From a virus (Duplodnaviria; Heunggongvirae; Uroviricota; Caudoviricetes), in the IMG/VR virus record IMGVR_UViG_2724679564_000005: 64,000 bases of DNA; one strand, 5' to 3'. The stretch's first letter is position 1. Every line of letters starts with the position of its first letter. The notes beneath the pieces were generated by a model. That model made no database searches. It was not told the origin of the DNA and saw nothing but the letters and a program-made list of their open reading frames with translations. Shown here piece by piece: positions 29,774 to 38,548 of the stretch. The position numbers were made by a program, and so were the translations under genes.

Positions 29774-30391
29774 TTAAGCTTTCCAACATTTTTTAAGTTG
29801 AGTACTTTCCTTTTCAGTTAACATTTCTTCTTCATATGAAACAACCTTTCCATAAGCTCTACCAAATTTAGTATCGCATATCACAAAATCATTTATATTT
29901 AATCTTTCATTACTTATAAACTTATATTGTTTTTCGTTAGGCTTATGTTCTATATAGTATATTGTAAAAGATTTTTTAGTTTCTTTTAATCTAAATTTTT
30001 GTTTACTGTCTATATACACTGTGTTATCAAGTAATGGAGTTGGATTAGTTTTATCTTCAATATAACGTATTTGTATTTCATTGCATCTATTCATATGTAT
30101 AGATCGAACTTTATAGCAGCTCATTGTACTTTCATAGGTTTCATTAGGTTTTATTCTTGCAATAACTTCTTGAAAAGTAAAAACTTCTTGTATAGACTCT
30201 AGCATTTCATCACTCCAATTATAAGAATCTTCATCTTTATCAATTTTATAACTATCGACACAACATTTTTTTATTATAACTGACTTCCCTTTAAATTCGT
30301 CCATTGAATCTGAAAAACACCATCCTCCATACCAATCACCAGCTTTTAAATCTGTTCTAACTCGAACTTTATCTCCAACTTTAAAATTCAT
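29774..30391 (-). CDS. hypothetical protein (205 aa)
   Basis: ORF track. Confidence 0.45.
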   Translation of the reverse strand: MNFKVGDKVRVRTDLKAGDWYGGWCFSDSMDEFKGKSVIIKKCCVDSYKIDKDEDSYNWSDEMLESIQEVFTFQEVIARIKPNETYESTMSCYKVRSIHMNRCNEIQIRYIEDKTNPTPLLDNTVYIDSKQKFRLKETKKSFTIYYIEHKPNEKQYKFISNERLNINDFVICDTKFGRAYGKVVSYEEEMLTEKESTQLKKCWKA

Positions 30392-30393
30392 AA

Positions 30394-30612
30394 CTATTCC
30401 TCCTCAATCCCTTTATAATGAGTTTTAACTATTTCAAATATTCCTCTAATTTGATATTCCCAAGCTCTTAGATTATCACCTTGTATTTGTGGAAATATTA
30501 CCTTAAATTCTTCTATGTATTCTTCTGGAGTTATGTCACAACCTTTCTTTACCTTAGAAGTTATATCTACTTCTATTTTGTACAATAAATCATCAGCAAA
30601 CATATTTATCAC
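30394..30612 (-). CDS. hypothetical protein (72 aa)
   Basis: ORF track; 2-nt gap to the downstream gene. Confidence 0.4.
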   Translation of the reverse strand: MINMFADDLLYKIEVDITSKVKKGCDITPEEYIEEFKVIFPQIQGDNLRAWEYQIRGIFEIVKTHYKGIEEE

Positions 30613-30637
30613 TCCTCTTTATAATTATTAAATTATT

Positions 30638-31048
30638 TTATTCCCAACTTAAACCTGCATTTTTTTCTTCAAATTTTCCATCTTTGATAACGAACCTAAA
30701 ATGGTCTCCATTATCTGTGTAAAATTGCAAATAGCCATCTTCACAATATGGAGCTATTAATTTAAATAATACATCATCGTCCCCTAGTTTTTCACCTATA
30801 AAATCTATTATTGTATAATAATTGTCATCTTCTTCTAATTCATATTTTAAATCATTCCATATTTCTTCTAATGTTAAAGGGGTATCTTCATCATCTTCTA
30901 TTGATATCATATCTTTAATATCAAATCCATCGACCCACTTCAATTCTCCGCCATTATTAAAAAAATCTGATAACTTAGTTATTATCAATTTCATATTTTC
31001 TTTTCTAATTTTAATATTTCCTTCCTCATGATAAACACAACAGCTCAT
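30638..31048 (-). CDS. acidic hypothetical protein (136 aa)
   Basis: ORF track. Confidence 0.4.
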   Translation of the reverse strand: MSCCVYHEEGNIKIRKENMKLIITKLSDFFNNGGELKWVDGFDIKDMISIEDDEDTPLTLEEIWNDLKYELEEDDNYYTIIDFIGEKLGDDDVLFKLIAPYCEDGYLQFYTDNGDHFRFVIKDGKFEEKNAGLSWE

Positions 31049-31070
31049 ATTCTAAATCCTCCTTTATAAA

Positions 31071-31430
31071 TTATTTTAATCTATTTTCTAATTCCTTCAA
31101 TAATTCTTCATTTGTATAATCTGATAATTGTTTTTCTAATACAACATCAACATCATTAATTGTTTCACCATGTTCTAAATCTTTATAGCTTTTAATCTTT
31201 TTAACTTTGAACTGTTTAATTAATTGTTCTTGTGAAAAATTCCATATTCCCATTATTTCTCCTTCTGGAGTACATACAACAGAAATTATGCTATTATTAT
31301 TTTCAACATTAAATGTTACAATATCTCCTGTGTTAAGCTTGTTTCCTTTAATATCTATTTTATTTGTTTCTTCTCCTATAGGGAATTTTTCTTCAAAATA
31401 TTGTAGATACCCTGTAAATTTCTTACTCAT
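31071..31430 (-). CDS. hypothetical protein (119 aa)
   Basis: ORF track. Confidence 0.4.
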   Translation of the reverse strand: MSKKFTGYLQYFEEKFPIGEETNKIDIKGNKLNTGDIVTFNVENNNSIISVVCTPEGEIMGIWNFSQEQLIKQFKVKKIKSYKDLEHGETINDVDVVLEKQLSDYTNEELLKELENRLK

Positions 31431-31515
31431 TTAGTTATCCTCCTCTTTTTTATTGGACATTAATTCTTTATTAATTGATTTCAAATAAAATCCATATTTT
31501 AAACCATCTGAACCG

Positions 31516-31551
31516 TTGTATATTATAGCTTTAATCAACTATAATATACAA
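31516..31551 (-). promoter_or_regulatory. perfect 13-bp inverted repeat (TTGTATATTATAG-N10-CTATAATATACAA) overlapping a TTGTAT-18-TATAAT promoter-like element
   Basis: read directly; lies between the SPFH gene stop and the 31071..31430 gene. Confidence 0.4.
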
Positions 31552-31564
31552 CTTATGTATTAAA

Positions 31565-32428
31565 TTATTTATTAGTTCTCATATCTAATATAGGATTTCC
31601 TCCTTGTACTTGAGGTACTTTACCATCCCATTTCTTTACTTTCTCATATTCTACTATAGTATTATTTAATGTAGATTGTTTTAGCCTATTTGCATCTGCC
31701 TCAGCTTTAGCCCCTATTTCTGTTACCTTTGCTTTAGATTCTGCATCTACTTTATCTTTTTGTGCTTTTATTTTTGCAGTTTCTAATTCTATTTTTTGTT
31801 GCTCTAATTGTTGTTGTGCGTTGATTCTATCTTGTATAGCCTTATTAGTTTGTCCATCTACATTTATTCTTGTAAAATTGACACTATCAATAACTATTCC
31901 ATATTCTTTAAATCTTTCTTTAGAATACTCATATAATTCTTTATTTAAATAACTTCTTTTTTCTCCATAAATATCTAACACTGAAAATTTAGAAGATACT
32001 TCTGTAGCATACGCTTTCATCTTACCTTTTATAAAATTCTGTTCGATTACTTTCCCTTTTTGACCTTTAAATCTTGTAAATGTTTTTGGTAATTGTTCAT
32101 TATCAAAATGATAGGAGAACTCGAGATCGATGTTAAGTACTTTCCCATCTTTACTTGGAATTAAGAAACTATCATCATCTTCTGATCCTTCTTTTTTGTC
32201 TTTACTTAAAAAAGCTTGTTCAGTAGCAACTGAATACTCTACAACTTTTTTAAATGGAGATATTAAATGCCAACCTTGTCCCAATGTTTTATCCTCTACA
32301 CCCCCATTCATACTATAAACAACACCTACATATCCTGCCTTGATTCTTTCTGTTGATTTAAATATAGTAAATACTCCTCCTACAACTAATATTCCTGCTA
32401 TTAAACTTGATAAAAACTTCTTATTCAT
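31565..32428 (-). CDS. SPFH/Band-7 (stomatin/prohibitin-like) membrane protein
   Basis: N-terminal TM, SPFH core and C-terminal A/Q/K-rich coiled coil (AQQQLEQQKIELETAKIKAQKDK...). Confidence 0.7.
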   Translation of the reverse strand: MNKKFLSSLIAGILVVGGVFTIFKSTERIKAGYVGVVYSMNGGVEDKTLGQGWHLISPFKKVVEYSVATEQAFLSKDKKEGSEDDDSFLIPSKDGKVLNIDLEFSYHFDNEQLPKTFTRFKGQKGKVIEQNFIKGKMKAYATEVSSKFSVLDIYGEKRSYLNKELYEYSKERFKEYGIVIDSVNFTRINVDGQTNKAIQDRINAQQQLEQQKIELETAKIKAQKDKVDAESKAKVTEIGAKAEADANRLKQSTLNNTIVEYEKVKKWDGKVPQVQGGNPILDMRTNK

Positions 32429-32430
32429 TA

Positions 32431-32571
32431 TTATTTATCCTCCTCATTATCTTTAAATATTTTATTTGAAATTGCTTTTGTTAAATCTACCAACTTGCTG
32501 CATATAGGTATTAATGATATAAAGGCAATAATTGCTATCAAAAATACAATTAAATAGAAAACTGGATTCAT
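32431..32571 (-). CDS. tiny membrane protein (46 aa) translationally coupled to the SPFH gene; not in ORF track
   Basis: GAGGAAG RBS; MNPVFYLIVFLIAIIAFISLIPICSKLVDL...; stop 2 nt before the SPFH ATG. Confidence 0.4.
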   Translation of the reverse strand: MNPVFYLIVFLIAIIAFISLIPICSKLVDLTKAISNKIFKDNEEDK

Positions 32572-32600
32572 TCTAACCACTTCCTCATTAAATTATTTCA

Positions 32601-32993
32601 TTATAATATGGGGTCTATATACCATTTTCCTTCCGCAATAACCTTTCTCATAAATCCATCTGAACAGTCTCTGCTAAAACCATTGTGAAAAATTTCTTTT
32701 AACGTATGATATTTAGTAAAAAATGGGTCATTCAGTACTAGATAATGTTTTACTTTAACTTTTTTATCCGTATTTAATACAAGCTTAAAATCTACAGGTT
32801 TTTCAACTACTTCCCATGATTCATTCGTTTTTAACTCTATATTGCTAGTTTCTTCTCCAAATTCATAAAATTTTATATCGCCATTCTTATTTTTAACCGT
32901 CCATCCACTCTGATTTTTAAATTCTAAGTATGGATTTTCTGTTATTTCCATAATCATTCTCCATGTTAAATATGTATGTTTACCATTGCACAC
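32601..32993 (-). CDS. hypothetical protein (130 aa)
   Basis: ORF track. Confidence 0.4.
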   Translation of the reverse strand: MCNGKHTYLTWRMIMEITENPYLEFKNQSGWTVKNKNGDIKFYEFGEETSNIELKTNESWEVVEKPVDFKLVLNTDKKVKVKHYLVLNDPFFTKYHTLKEIFHNGFSRDCSDGFMRKVIAEGKWYIDPIL

Positions 32994-33015
32994 AATTCAA
33001 TCCTCCTTTAATAAA

Positions 33016-33657
33016 TTATTTTATATATAAAGTTGCATTAGCAATTTTATTTTCTTTATTATTAATTAACCATTCTCCTGTAACGTTTGGTATAAATACA
33101 TCAACTTTACATTCTGTTTTATCTTCATTTAGCCATTGTATTGCTCCACCTGAATCTACTACTTTATAATTACCCATACCTTCTATATTTAAAATACTTC
33201 CATATGTAATATCTTTAGGCATAGCACAAACTTTCATATTGTGTGATGTTAAATTCTTGCCTTTTTTATCTAATTGCCCACCTTCTAAATCATTGTCAAT
33301 ATTTGTATAATATGTCACATATACTTTTATTGATTTAATTTGTCTACCGCCTGACAAATCACCTCCTCTCGATAATCTAGCTTTTTTTAATTGTTCATTT
33401 TTATTTTTTAAATTACTTACACTATTTTCTAAGTTCTTTATTTTCCTATCTTTTTCGCTATTTGTGTTTTCTATGTTTTTAATCCTTATGTTCTTATTAT
33501 CAATCTCTTTTGTTAATGTTTTATTTCTAGTTTGCTCTTTCTCAATTGTCTTTTGTTGAGTATGTATTTGTTGTTCGTTTTTATTCTTATTATGTAGTAA
33601 ATACATATTACTTATAGCTAAAATACAAATAATAGCTAATAATCTTTTTGATTTCAA
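33016..33657 (-). CDS. membrane-anchored coiled-coil protein with C-terminal 3D (MltA-like) domain
   Basis: N-terminal signal/TM; C-terminal VCAMPKDITYGS...VVDSGGAIQW...KVDVF matches the three-Asp 3D domain pattern. Confidence 0.5.
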   Translation of the reverse strand: MKSKRLLAIICILAISNMYLLHNKNKNEQQIHTQQKTIEKEQTRNKTLTKEIDNKNIRIKNIENTNSEKDRKIKNLENSVSNLKNKNEQLKKARLSRGGDLSGGRQIKSIKVYVTYYTNIDNDLEGGQLDKKGKNLTSHNMKVCAMPKDITYGSILNIEGMGNYKVVDSGGAIQWLNEDKTECKVDVFIPNVTGEWLINNKENKIANATLYIK

Positions 33658-33677
33658 ACAATCATCCTCTCTTTTTT

Positions 33678-34019
33678 CTAGTCATCATCCCTCCAACCAC
33701 AATTGGGACACTTTCTATAACTTATTAATTGATTACATTCTGTGCCAAAGTGTTCAAGTCTTTCAGTATCTCTCTTTGTTATTACAATTAATTCCTCATT
33801 GCATTTAGGACATCTGCCATTATTAAAATTATAATCTTCAGCATTAGACTCTATCCCTTTTAAATTTTGTTCTAATTCTTTTATTTTATTTTCTTTTATT
33901 AAAGTTAAGAAATCTGTTGCAAGTTCATGTAATAAATTTAATCCATCATCTTTTAAATACATTTCTGGATTATGAAATATGTCTTTAAACTCATTAAAAT
34001 AAATGCTTCCTTTATTCAA
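33678..34019 (-). CDS. zinc-ribbon protein (113 aa)
   Basis: CPKCNEE ... CPNCGW. Confidence 0.4.
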   Translation of the reverse strand: MNKGSIYFNEFKDIFHNPEMYLKDDGLNLLHELATDFLTLIKENKIKELEQNLKGIESNAEDYNFNNGRCPKCNEELIVITKRDTERLEHFGTECNQLISYRKCPNCGWRDDD

Positions 34020-34041
34020 TCTCTCTCAACCTTTCTATTTA

Positions 34042-34070
34042 ATATTACCAAATTATTTTATATTAGTCAA
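34042..34070 (-). promoter_or_regulatory. conserved-family promoter TTGACT-17-TAATAT
   Basis: rc: TTGACTaatataaaataatttggTAATAT, 23 nt upstream of the 34019 start. Confidence 0.55.
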
Positions 34071-34092
34071 GCATATGTATTTGTTTTCTAAA

Positions 34093-34380
34093 TTATTTTA
34101 AATCTGCATAAACACTATGTATAGTCTGAGGTTTCTTATAATCTTTATGTAAATCTAATCTTTTACTTTTAATTAACTCCTTAAAAGGCTTACAAAAATA
34201 CTTATTATTATCATCTTGATAACAGCAATTGTCTTCTATGTCATGTTCTATTATTTCTCCTATTCTCCTATCTTCCCAAAGAAAATTACTAATCTGGTTT
34301 ACTTCTTTTTTAGATTTACATAATATATATAATGTTAATTGCTTCTCGTTTTTACCTGTTGTTTCAAATATTTTGTTCAT
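34093..34380 (-). CDS. hypothetical protein (95 aa)
   Basis: ORF track. Confidence 0.4.
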   Translation of the reverse strand: MNKIFETTGKNEKQLTLYILCKSKKEVNQISNFLWEDRRIGEIIEHDIEDNCCYQDDNNKYFCKPFKELIKSKRLDLHKDYKKPQTIHSVYADLK

Positions 34381-34436
34381 TATTTTTCACTCATCCCTTT
34401 TCAGTTTTATGTATTTGTTTTAAAATTATTTCATAA

Positions 34437-35054
34437 TCATTTCTTCCAAAATTTCCACTTAAACTTCTTTTTCTCTTTGTTTGCAAAGTAATCACTTTGT
34501 AATCTTCCTAATTCTGATTTTAATAAATCATTATACTCTTTTAAACTTTCTACTTCTTTATCTAGTAATTCATTTTCTTGTTTTATGATATTACAATAAT
34601 TTTCCACATCTGCTTGTCCTCCAAGATAACCTAAAAGCCATAAGGCAGTACATAATAGATTATCATCACACATTTTTAATTCTAATTTAGGTATTTTATC
34701 TCCATTCTTGTATGTTTTATTTTCTTTTAACTGAACAATAACTTCTACTTTATTGAAAGTTTCTTGATTATTTATATTGCCATAAATTTTATTATCTATA
34801 ATTGCTAAAGCTTGACCTTCCACTAAATCACAATCGGTTTGACATATGTAATGTTCATACTCAAATAAATCATTATAATAACCTTCGTAATCACTTTTAG
34901 GATTAAATAAATCTATTTCTGTATCATCTTCTTTTTCTAACTTATTTAATTCATTAGTTAATTGATTAAACCATTCCTTATCTTTTGTTTCCAAAGCTAA
35001 ATTAATCATATCTTTAAGAAACTCTTTATCTTGAATATCTGATATTTTAATCAC
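34437..35054 (-). CDS. hypothetical protein (205 aa)
   Basis: ORF track. Confidence 0.45.
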   Translation of the reverse strand: MIKISDIQDKEFLKDMINLALETKDKEWFNQLTNELNKLEKEDDTEIDLFNPKSDYEGYYNDLFEYEHYICQTDCDLVEGQALAIIDNKIYGNINNQETFNKVEVIVQLKENKTYKNGDKIPKLELKMCDDNLLCTALWLLGYLGGQADVENYCNIIKQENELLDKEVESLKEYNDLLKSELGRLQSDYFANKEKKKFKWKFWKK

Positions 35055-35060
35055 CTTCTT

Positions 35061-35447
35061 TTAATGTTGTTTTGGTGGTGGCGGAGGTGCTGGAGCATTT
35101 GTTGGAGGGACTGTTTTAACGTTATCTTGATTATTTAGGATTATATTGGTTTTATTTTTATGTTCACAATCTTTTATCTTAACTTCCATTAAAGCCGATA
35201 CCCCTTTTATTATTGCAATTATTATATATCCAAAAATTTTTATTAACCCCAATGGTAGAGTTATGATATTTACAATTATATCTCCTATGTATATACCTTG
35301 ATATTTTTTGCTTTTCTTATGACTACTCCAATCTTTTTGAATATCTTTGCAGAGGACTAAATACCACATTAAACCACATAGAGTAGCAAGTCCATTTAAA
35401 AAAGGATTTTGCATAAAACAATCATATAGCATTTTAAATTTAATCAC
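35061..35447 (-). CDS. membrane protein with Pro-rich C-terminus (128 aa)
   Basis: hydrophobic core; C-terminal PPTNAPAPPPPPKQH. Confidence 0.4.
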   Translation of the reverse strand: MIKFKMLYDCFMQNPFLNGLATLCGLMWYLVLCKDIQKDWSSHKKSKKYQGIYIGDIIVNIITLPLGLIKIFGYIIIAIIKGVSALMEVKIKDCEHKNKTNIILNNQDNVKTVPPTNAPAPPPPPKQH

Positions 35448-35470
35448 CTCCTAAACTTTTGATAAAAGAA

Positions 35471-36286
35471 TCATTTTATTAAATTGTTTTTAAAATAGTC
35501 TTCAACCATGCCTCGTCTTATTACTTTATCAAATTGAACAATAATATATAGTAAATACTTATCTAAATAAGGATTTAATTGCATCATACATTCAAGGGGT
35601 ATTCCATAATAGGCTTCTGCTATGCCCCCTGCTATACAGGCTTGAGTATCAGTATCTCCACCTAGACTAACAGCTTTTCTAACAACATCTTCATATGATT
35701 TCCCTTCAAGAAAACATATAATTGATTCTGGTACACTTCCTTGACAAGTTTCATCGAAAAAATAACTTGATCTTATATCTTTTATGCTTTTATTTAAATT
35801 ATAATCGAAGAACGTTTCTATAAATTCTTTAATTATCTTTTTAGGAGTTTTCATTCTTGCTAAATAAACACAAGCTGCTATAGCAGAAGCCCCTTTAATT
35901 CCTTCTATATGATTATGTGTTGCTATTGCTGATTCTTCTGCTTTATCCATTACAGTTTTTAAATCGTTGTATAGCCATCCTATAGGACTAACTCTCATAG
36001 CTGAACCGTTTCCAAAACTATTATATGGTTTAGCATTATCAGATTCTAACCAATTTCTAAATGAATTACCATAACTGCAATTAGGATATTGATTTCCCCA
36101 CTCTTTATATGCTTGTTCAAAACTTTTATTATTTAAGATTGCATCTGCTGTAGCTATAGTTAAAACTGTATCATCTGTAAATTCACATTTTTTATCAAAT
36201 AGTTTAAAATCTTCTGACTTGTTATTCCTAAGTTTACTAAATTCAAATCTTGAACCTATGATATCTCCTAATATAGCACCTTTCAT
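35471..36286 (-). CDS. ADP-ribosylglycohydrolase (ARH/DraG family)
   Basis: N-terminal GAILGDIIGSRFEF and FTDDTVLTIATADAIL match the family pattern. Confidence 0.7.
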   Translation of the reverse strand: MKGAILGDIIGSRFEFSKLRNNKSEDFKLFDKKCEFTDDTVLTIATADAILNNKSFEQAYKEWGNQYPNCSYGNSFRNWLESDNAKPYNSFGNGSAMRVSPIGWLYNDLKTVMDKAEESAIATHNHIEGIKGASAIAACVYLARMKTPKKIIKEFIETFFDYNLNKSIKDIRSSYFFDETCQGSVPESIICFLEGKSYEDVVRKAVSLGGDTDTQACIAGGIAEAYYGIPLECMMQLNPYLDKYLLYIIVQFDKVIRRGMVEDYFKNNLIK

Positions 36287-36342
36287 AAAAGCCCTCCTTT
36301 TTTATTAAATTATTTTTGATATATTTTAGCTTTTATTCAGTT

Positions 36343-36888
36343 CTAATTTAACCAAATTAACTCCCAATCACTATCCTTATAAATAGCTTCTAAGCCTTTT
36401 TTATCATCATCAAACCAATTACCATATTTAATTTCATTATATCCTTTGTGATGTTGTATTAGCTTATATTTTGCTTTCATATATCCTGCTTCACAAAAGT
36501 CTAAAGCTGAATCCTCTTTTTTACCTTTTTCAATAACACCCTTTTTAACCATTTCTAAAACCAAATCCTCTTCAAAACAATCACTATCATACCAAGGCAT
36601 TTTTAAAGTGTATTTATAAATAGCTTTAACTAAATTATGTCTCTCACAAGCATTCTTCAAGGCTTCATAGAACAATCCAGTTCCCTCTATTTGACCATAA
36701 AAACTATAATAAGTTTCATTTTCATAGTTAAGTTGTGATCTATTATGCTTTTTATTATATTCAATATCTCTTTTAATTATTTCTTCTTTAAAAGTTTGTA
36801 AAAACTCTTTAGTTAGTAGTTTTCTTTTCCTATTAGGTAATTTAAAGTAATTTGAAATACCCCATCCTATATTCCCTTTTGTTCCCAT
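36343..36888 (-). CDS. hypothetical protein (181 aa)
   Basis: ORF track. Confidence 0.45.
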   Translation of the reverse strand: MGTKGNIGWGISNYFKLPNRKRKLLTKEFLQTFKEEIIKRDIEYNKKHNRSQLNYENETYYSFYGQIEGTGLFYEALKNACERHNLVKAIYKYTLKMPWYDSDCFEEDLVLEMVKKGVIEKGKKEDSALDFCEAGYMKAKYKLIQHHKGYNEIKYGNWFDDDKKGLEAIYKDSDWELIWLN

Positions 36889-37047
36889 ATCTCACTTCTC
36901 TCCTTCATTAAACTATTTCATCATATTTTTTTCCCACATAGCTAAATATACGTAATTCCAACATCTTTTATACAGATATCAGCTCCTTTATATATCCTTA
37001 CTCTATTATATCATTAAACTCATTAAACCCTTTCCCAAATATATTGT

Positions 37048-37614
37048 TTATCTCCCATTTTCATATTCCTCCAATTTTTTATAAAACTCACTCAACTTAA
37101 TTTCAACAAATCCTTCAGGAGTTTTCGTTTCTTCATTTATTTTATGACTATCTAATTTAACATATAGGTTATCTCCTACTTCAAATTGACTTAGTCTATA
37201 TCCACCTAAAGATAAATTATTAGGAGATTTAGATTCAAAATAATCACCTATTCTTGGTTTTAATAAATTTATAATTATCTTATTATCTATACAATACTGT
37301 GCAAATTCTTTACCTATTTTACTATTCTTTTTAAAACTACATAAGCCATATTGGTCTGGTTTACACAATGATTTACTTAGTTTTTCTTTATCTTCATCGG
37401 TTGGTATTATTGATAAAGAAATATCTCCCTTATCTTCTTGTAAAAATGGTTTGTTACAACACCCATCGCCACATAAATAATATCTTTCTGCTTGTATATT
37501 ATTTTTATCTAAAAAGCTAAAAACAAATTTGCTCTGTTCTTTATCAGGTTGTATGTATTTCAGTACGTCTTTATAGTATTCACTTGATTCTTGTACTAAA
37601 TATGCTTTTTCCAT
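37048..37614 (-). CDS. hypothetical protein (188 aa)
   Basis: ORF track. Confidence 0.45.
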   Translation of the reverse strand: MEKAYLVQESSEYYKDVLKYIQPDKEQSKFVFSFLDKNNIQAERYYLCGDGCCNKPFLQEDKGDISLSIIPTDEDKEKLSKSLCKPDQYGLCSFKKNSKIGKEFAQYCIDNKIIINLLKPRIGDYFESKSPNNLSLGGYRLSQFEVGDNLYVKLDSHKINEETKTPEGFVEIKLSEFYKKLEEYENGR

Positions 37615-37819
37615 TATAATCTCTCCCTCATTAAATTGTTTTATATTACTATAAAATTCTTATTTTATATCATTTTTAGCCTCTACAACCGTTGGTATCA
37701 CTGGGCTGTGGAAATGATATTTTTAAGTTTTGGTCATTTTTCATAAAACGCTCATATATTGAACAGAAAATTATTTTTCTGATTTTTGAAATTTTTCTGT
37801 TACAGATTAATATATGAAC

Positions 37820-38464
37820 TTATATAATATTTGGGTTTAATTCATCCATAATATTTTCTATTACCAAATTAAGATTTTGTATAGCATCTTCTATACATCC
37901 TTTCATATCTAATCCTTCTAATTTTCTTTTATTAGATTTTAAATTTTCTAAAATAGTTTGTAATTCTGTGTTTTTATCTATATCAACTGTTTCCTTATTT
38001 TCTAATTCATCCATAGCAATATTAGCTAATTCATCTGCTCTTTCATTCAATTCTATTCCATCATGTCCTTTGCATTTATTAAAAGTTACATTTTTAAACT
38101 GTTTTGTTAATGCTAATATTTGTTGCCATAATTCTTTATTTTCAACTGGTTTTTTTTTAGAGTTAACCCAATTCTTTTTAATCCAACCGTTAATCCAACT
38201 ATTCATACCATTTACTAAGTAAGCACTATCTGAATGTATTTCAATGTTACATATAGATCTTACATCCCTTTTAATTGCTTCTAAAGATTTAATGCAAGCT
38301 GTCAATTCCATCTGATTATTTGTTGTGTTAACTTTATTTCCGTATATCTCTTTCTTATTATCTGTACCATTTTGAGTTAAAATAGCACCCCATCCACCAA
38401 TATTATTTTTACTTTGGTTTCCTCTGCAACCGCCATCACAATAAATTATAATCATATTCTTCAT
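37820..38464 (-). CDS. rnhA: ribonuclease HI with C-terminal extension
   Basis: IIIYCDGGCRGNQ, NQMELTA, HSDSAYLVNGMNSWI and KGHDG...NERADELA are RNase H catalytic motifs. Confidence 0.85.
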   Translation of the reverse strand: MKNMIIIYCDGGCRGNQSKNNIGGWGAILTQNGTDNKKEIYGNKVNTTNNQMELTACIKSLEAIKRDVRSICNIEIHSDSAYLVNGMNSWINGWIKKNWVNSKKKPVENKELWQQILALTKQFKNVTFNKCKGHDGIELNERADELANIAMDELENKETVDIDKNTELQTILENLKSNKRKLEGLDMKGCIEDAIQNLNLVIENIMDELNPNII

Positions 38465-38484
38465 TAACTATACTCCTCTCTTTA

Positions 38485-38517
38485 GATTACAGGTTTTATT
38501 CCCTTTAACCTGTAATC
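38485..38517 (-). promoter_or_regulatory. perfect 11-bp-stem hairpin at the 5' end of the rnhA transcript (GATTACAGGTT-N11-AACCTGTAATC)
   Basis: sits between the -10 of the 38520-38548 promoter and the GAGAGGAG RBS. Confidence 0.45.
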
Positions 38518-38519
38518 CT

Positions 38520-38548
38520 ATTTTACCAAATTATTTTATATTTGTCAA
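38520..38548 (-). promoter_or_regulatory. conserved-family promoter TTGACA-17-TAAAAT overlapping the helicase stop
   Basis: rc: TTGACAaatataaaataatttggTAAAAT. Confidence 0.5.
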
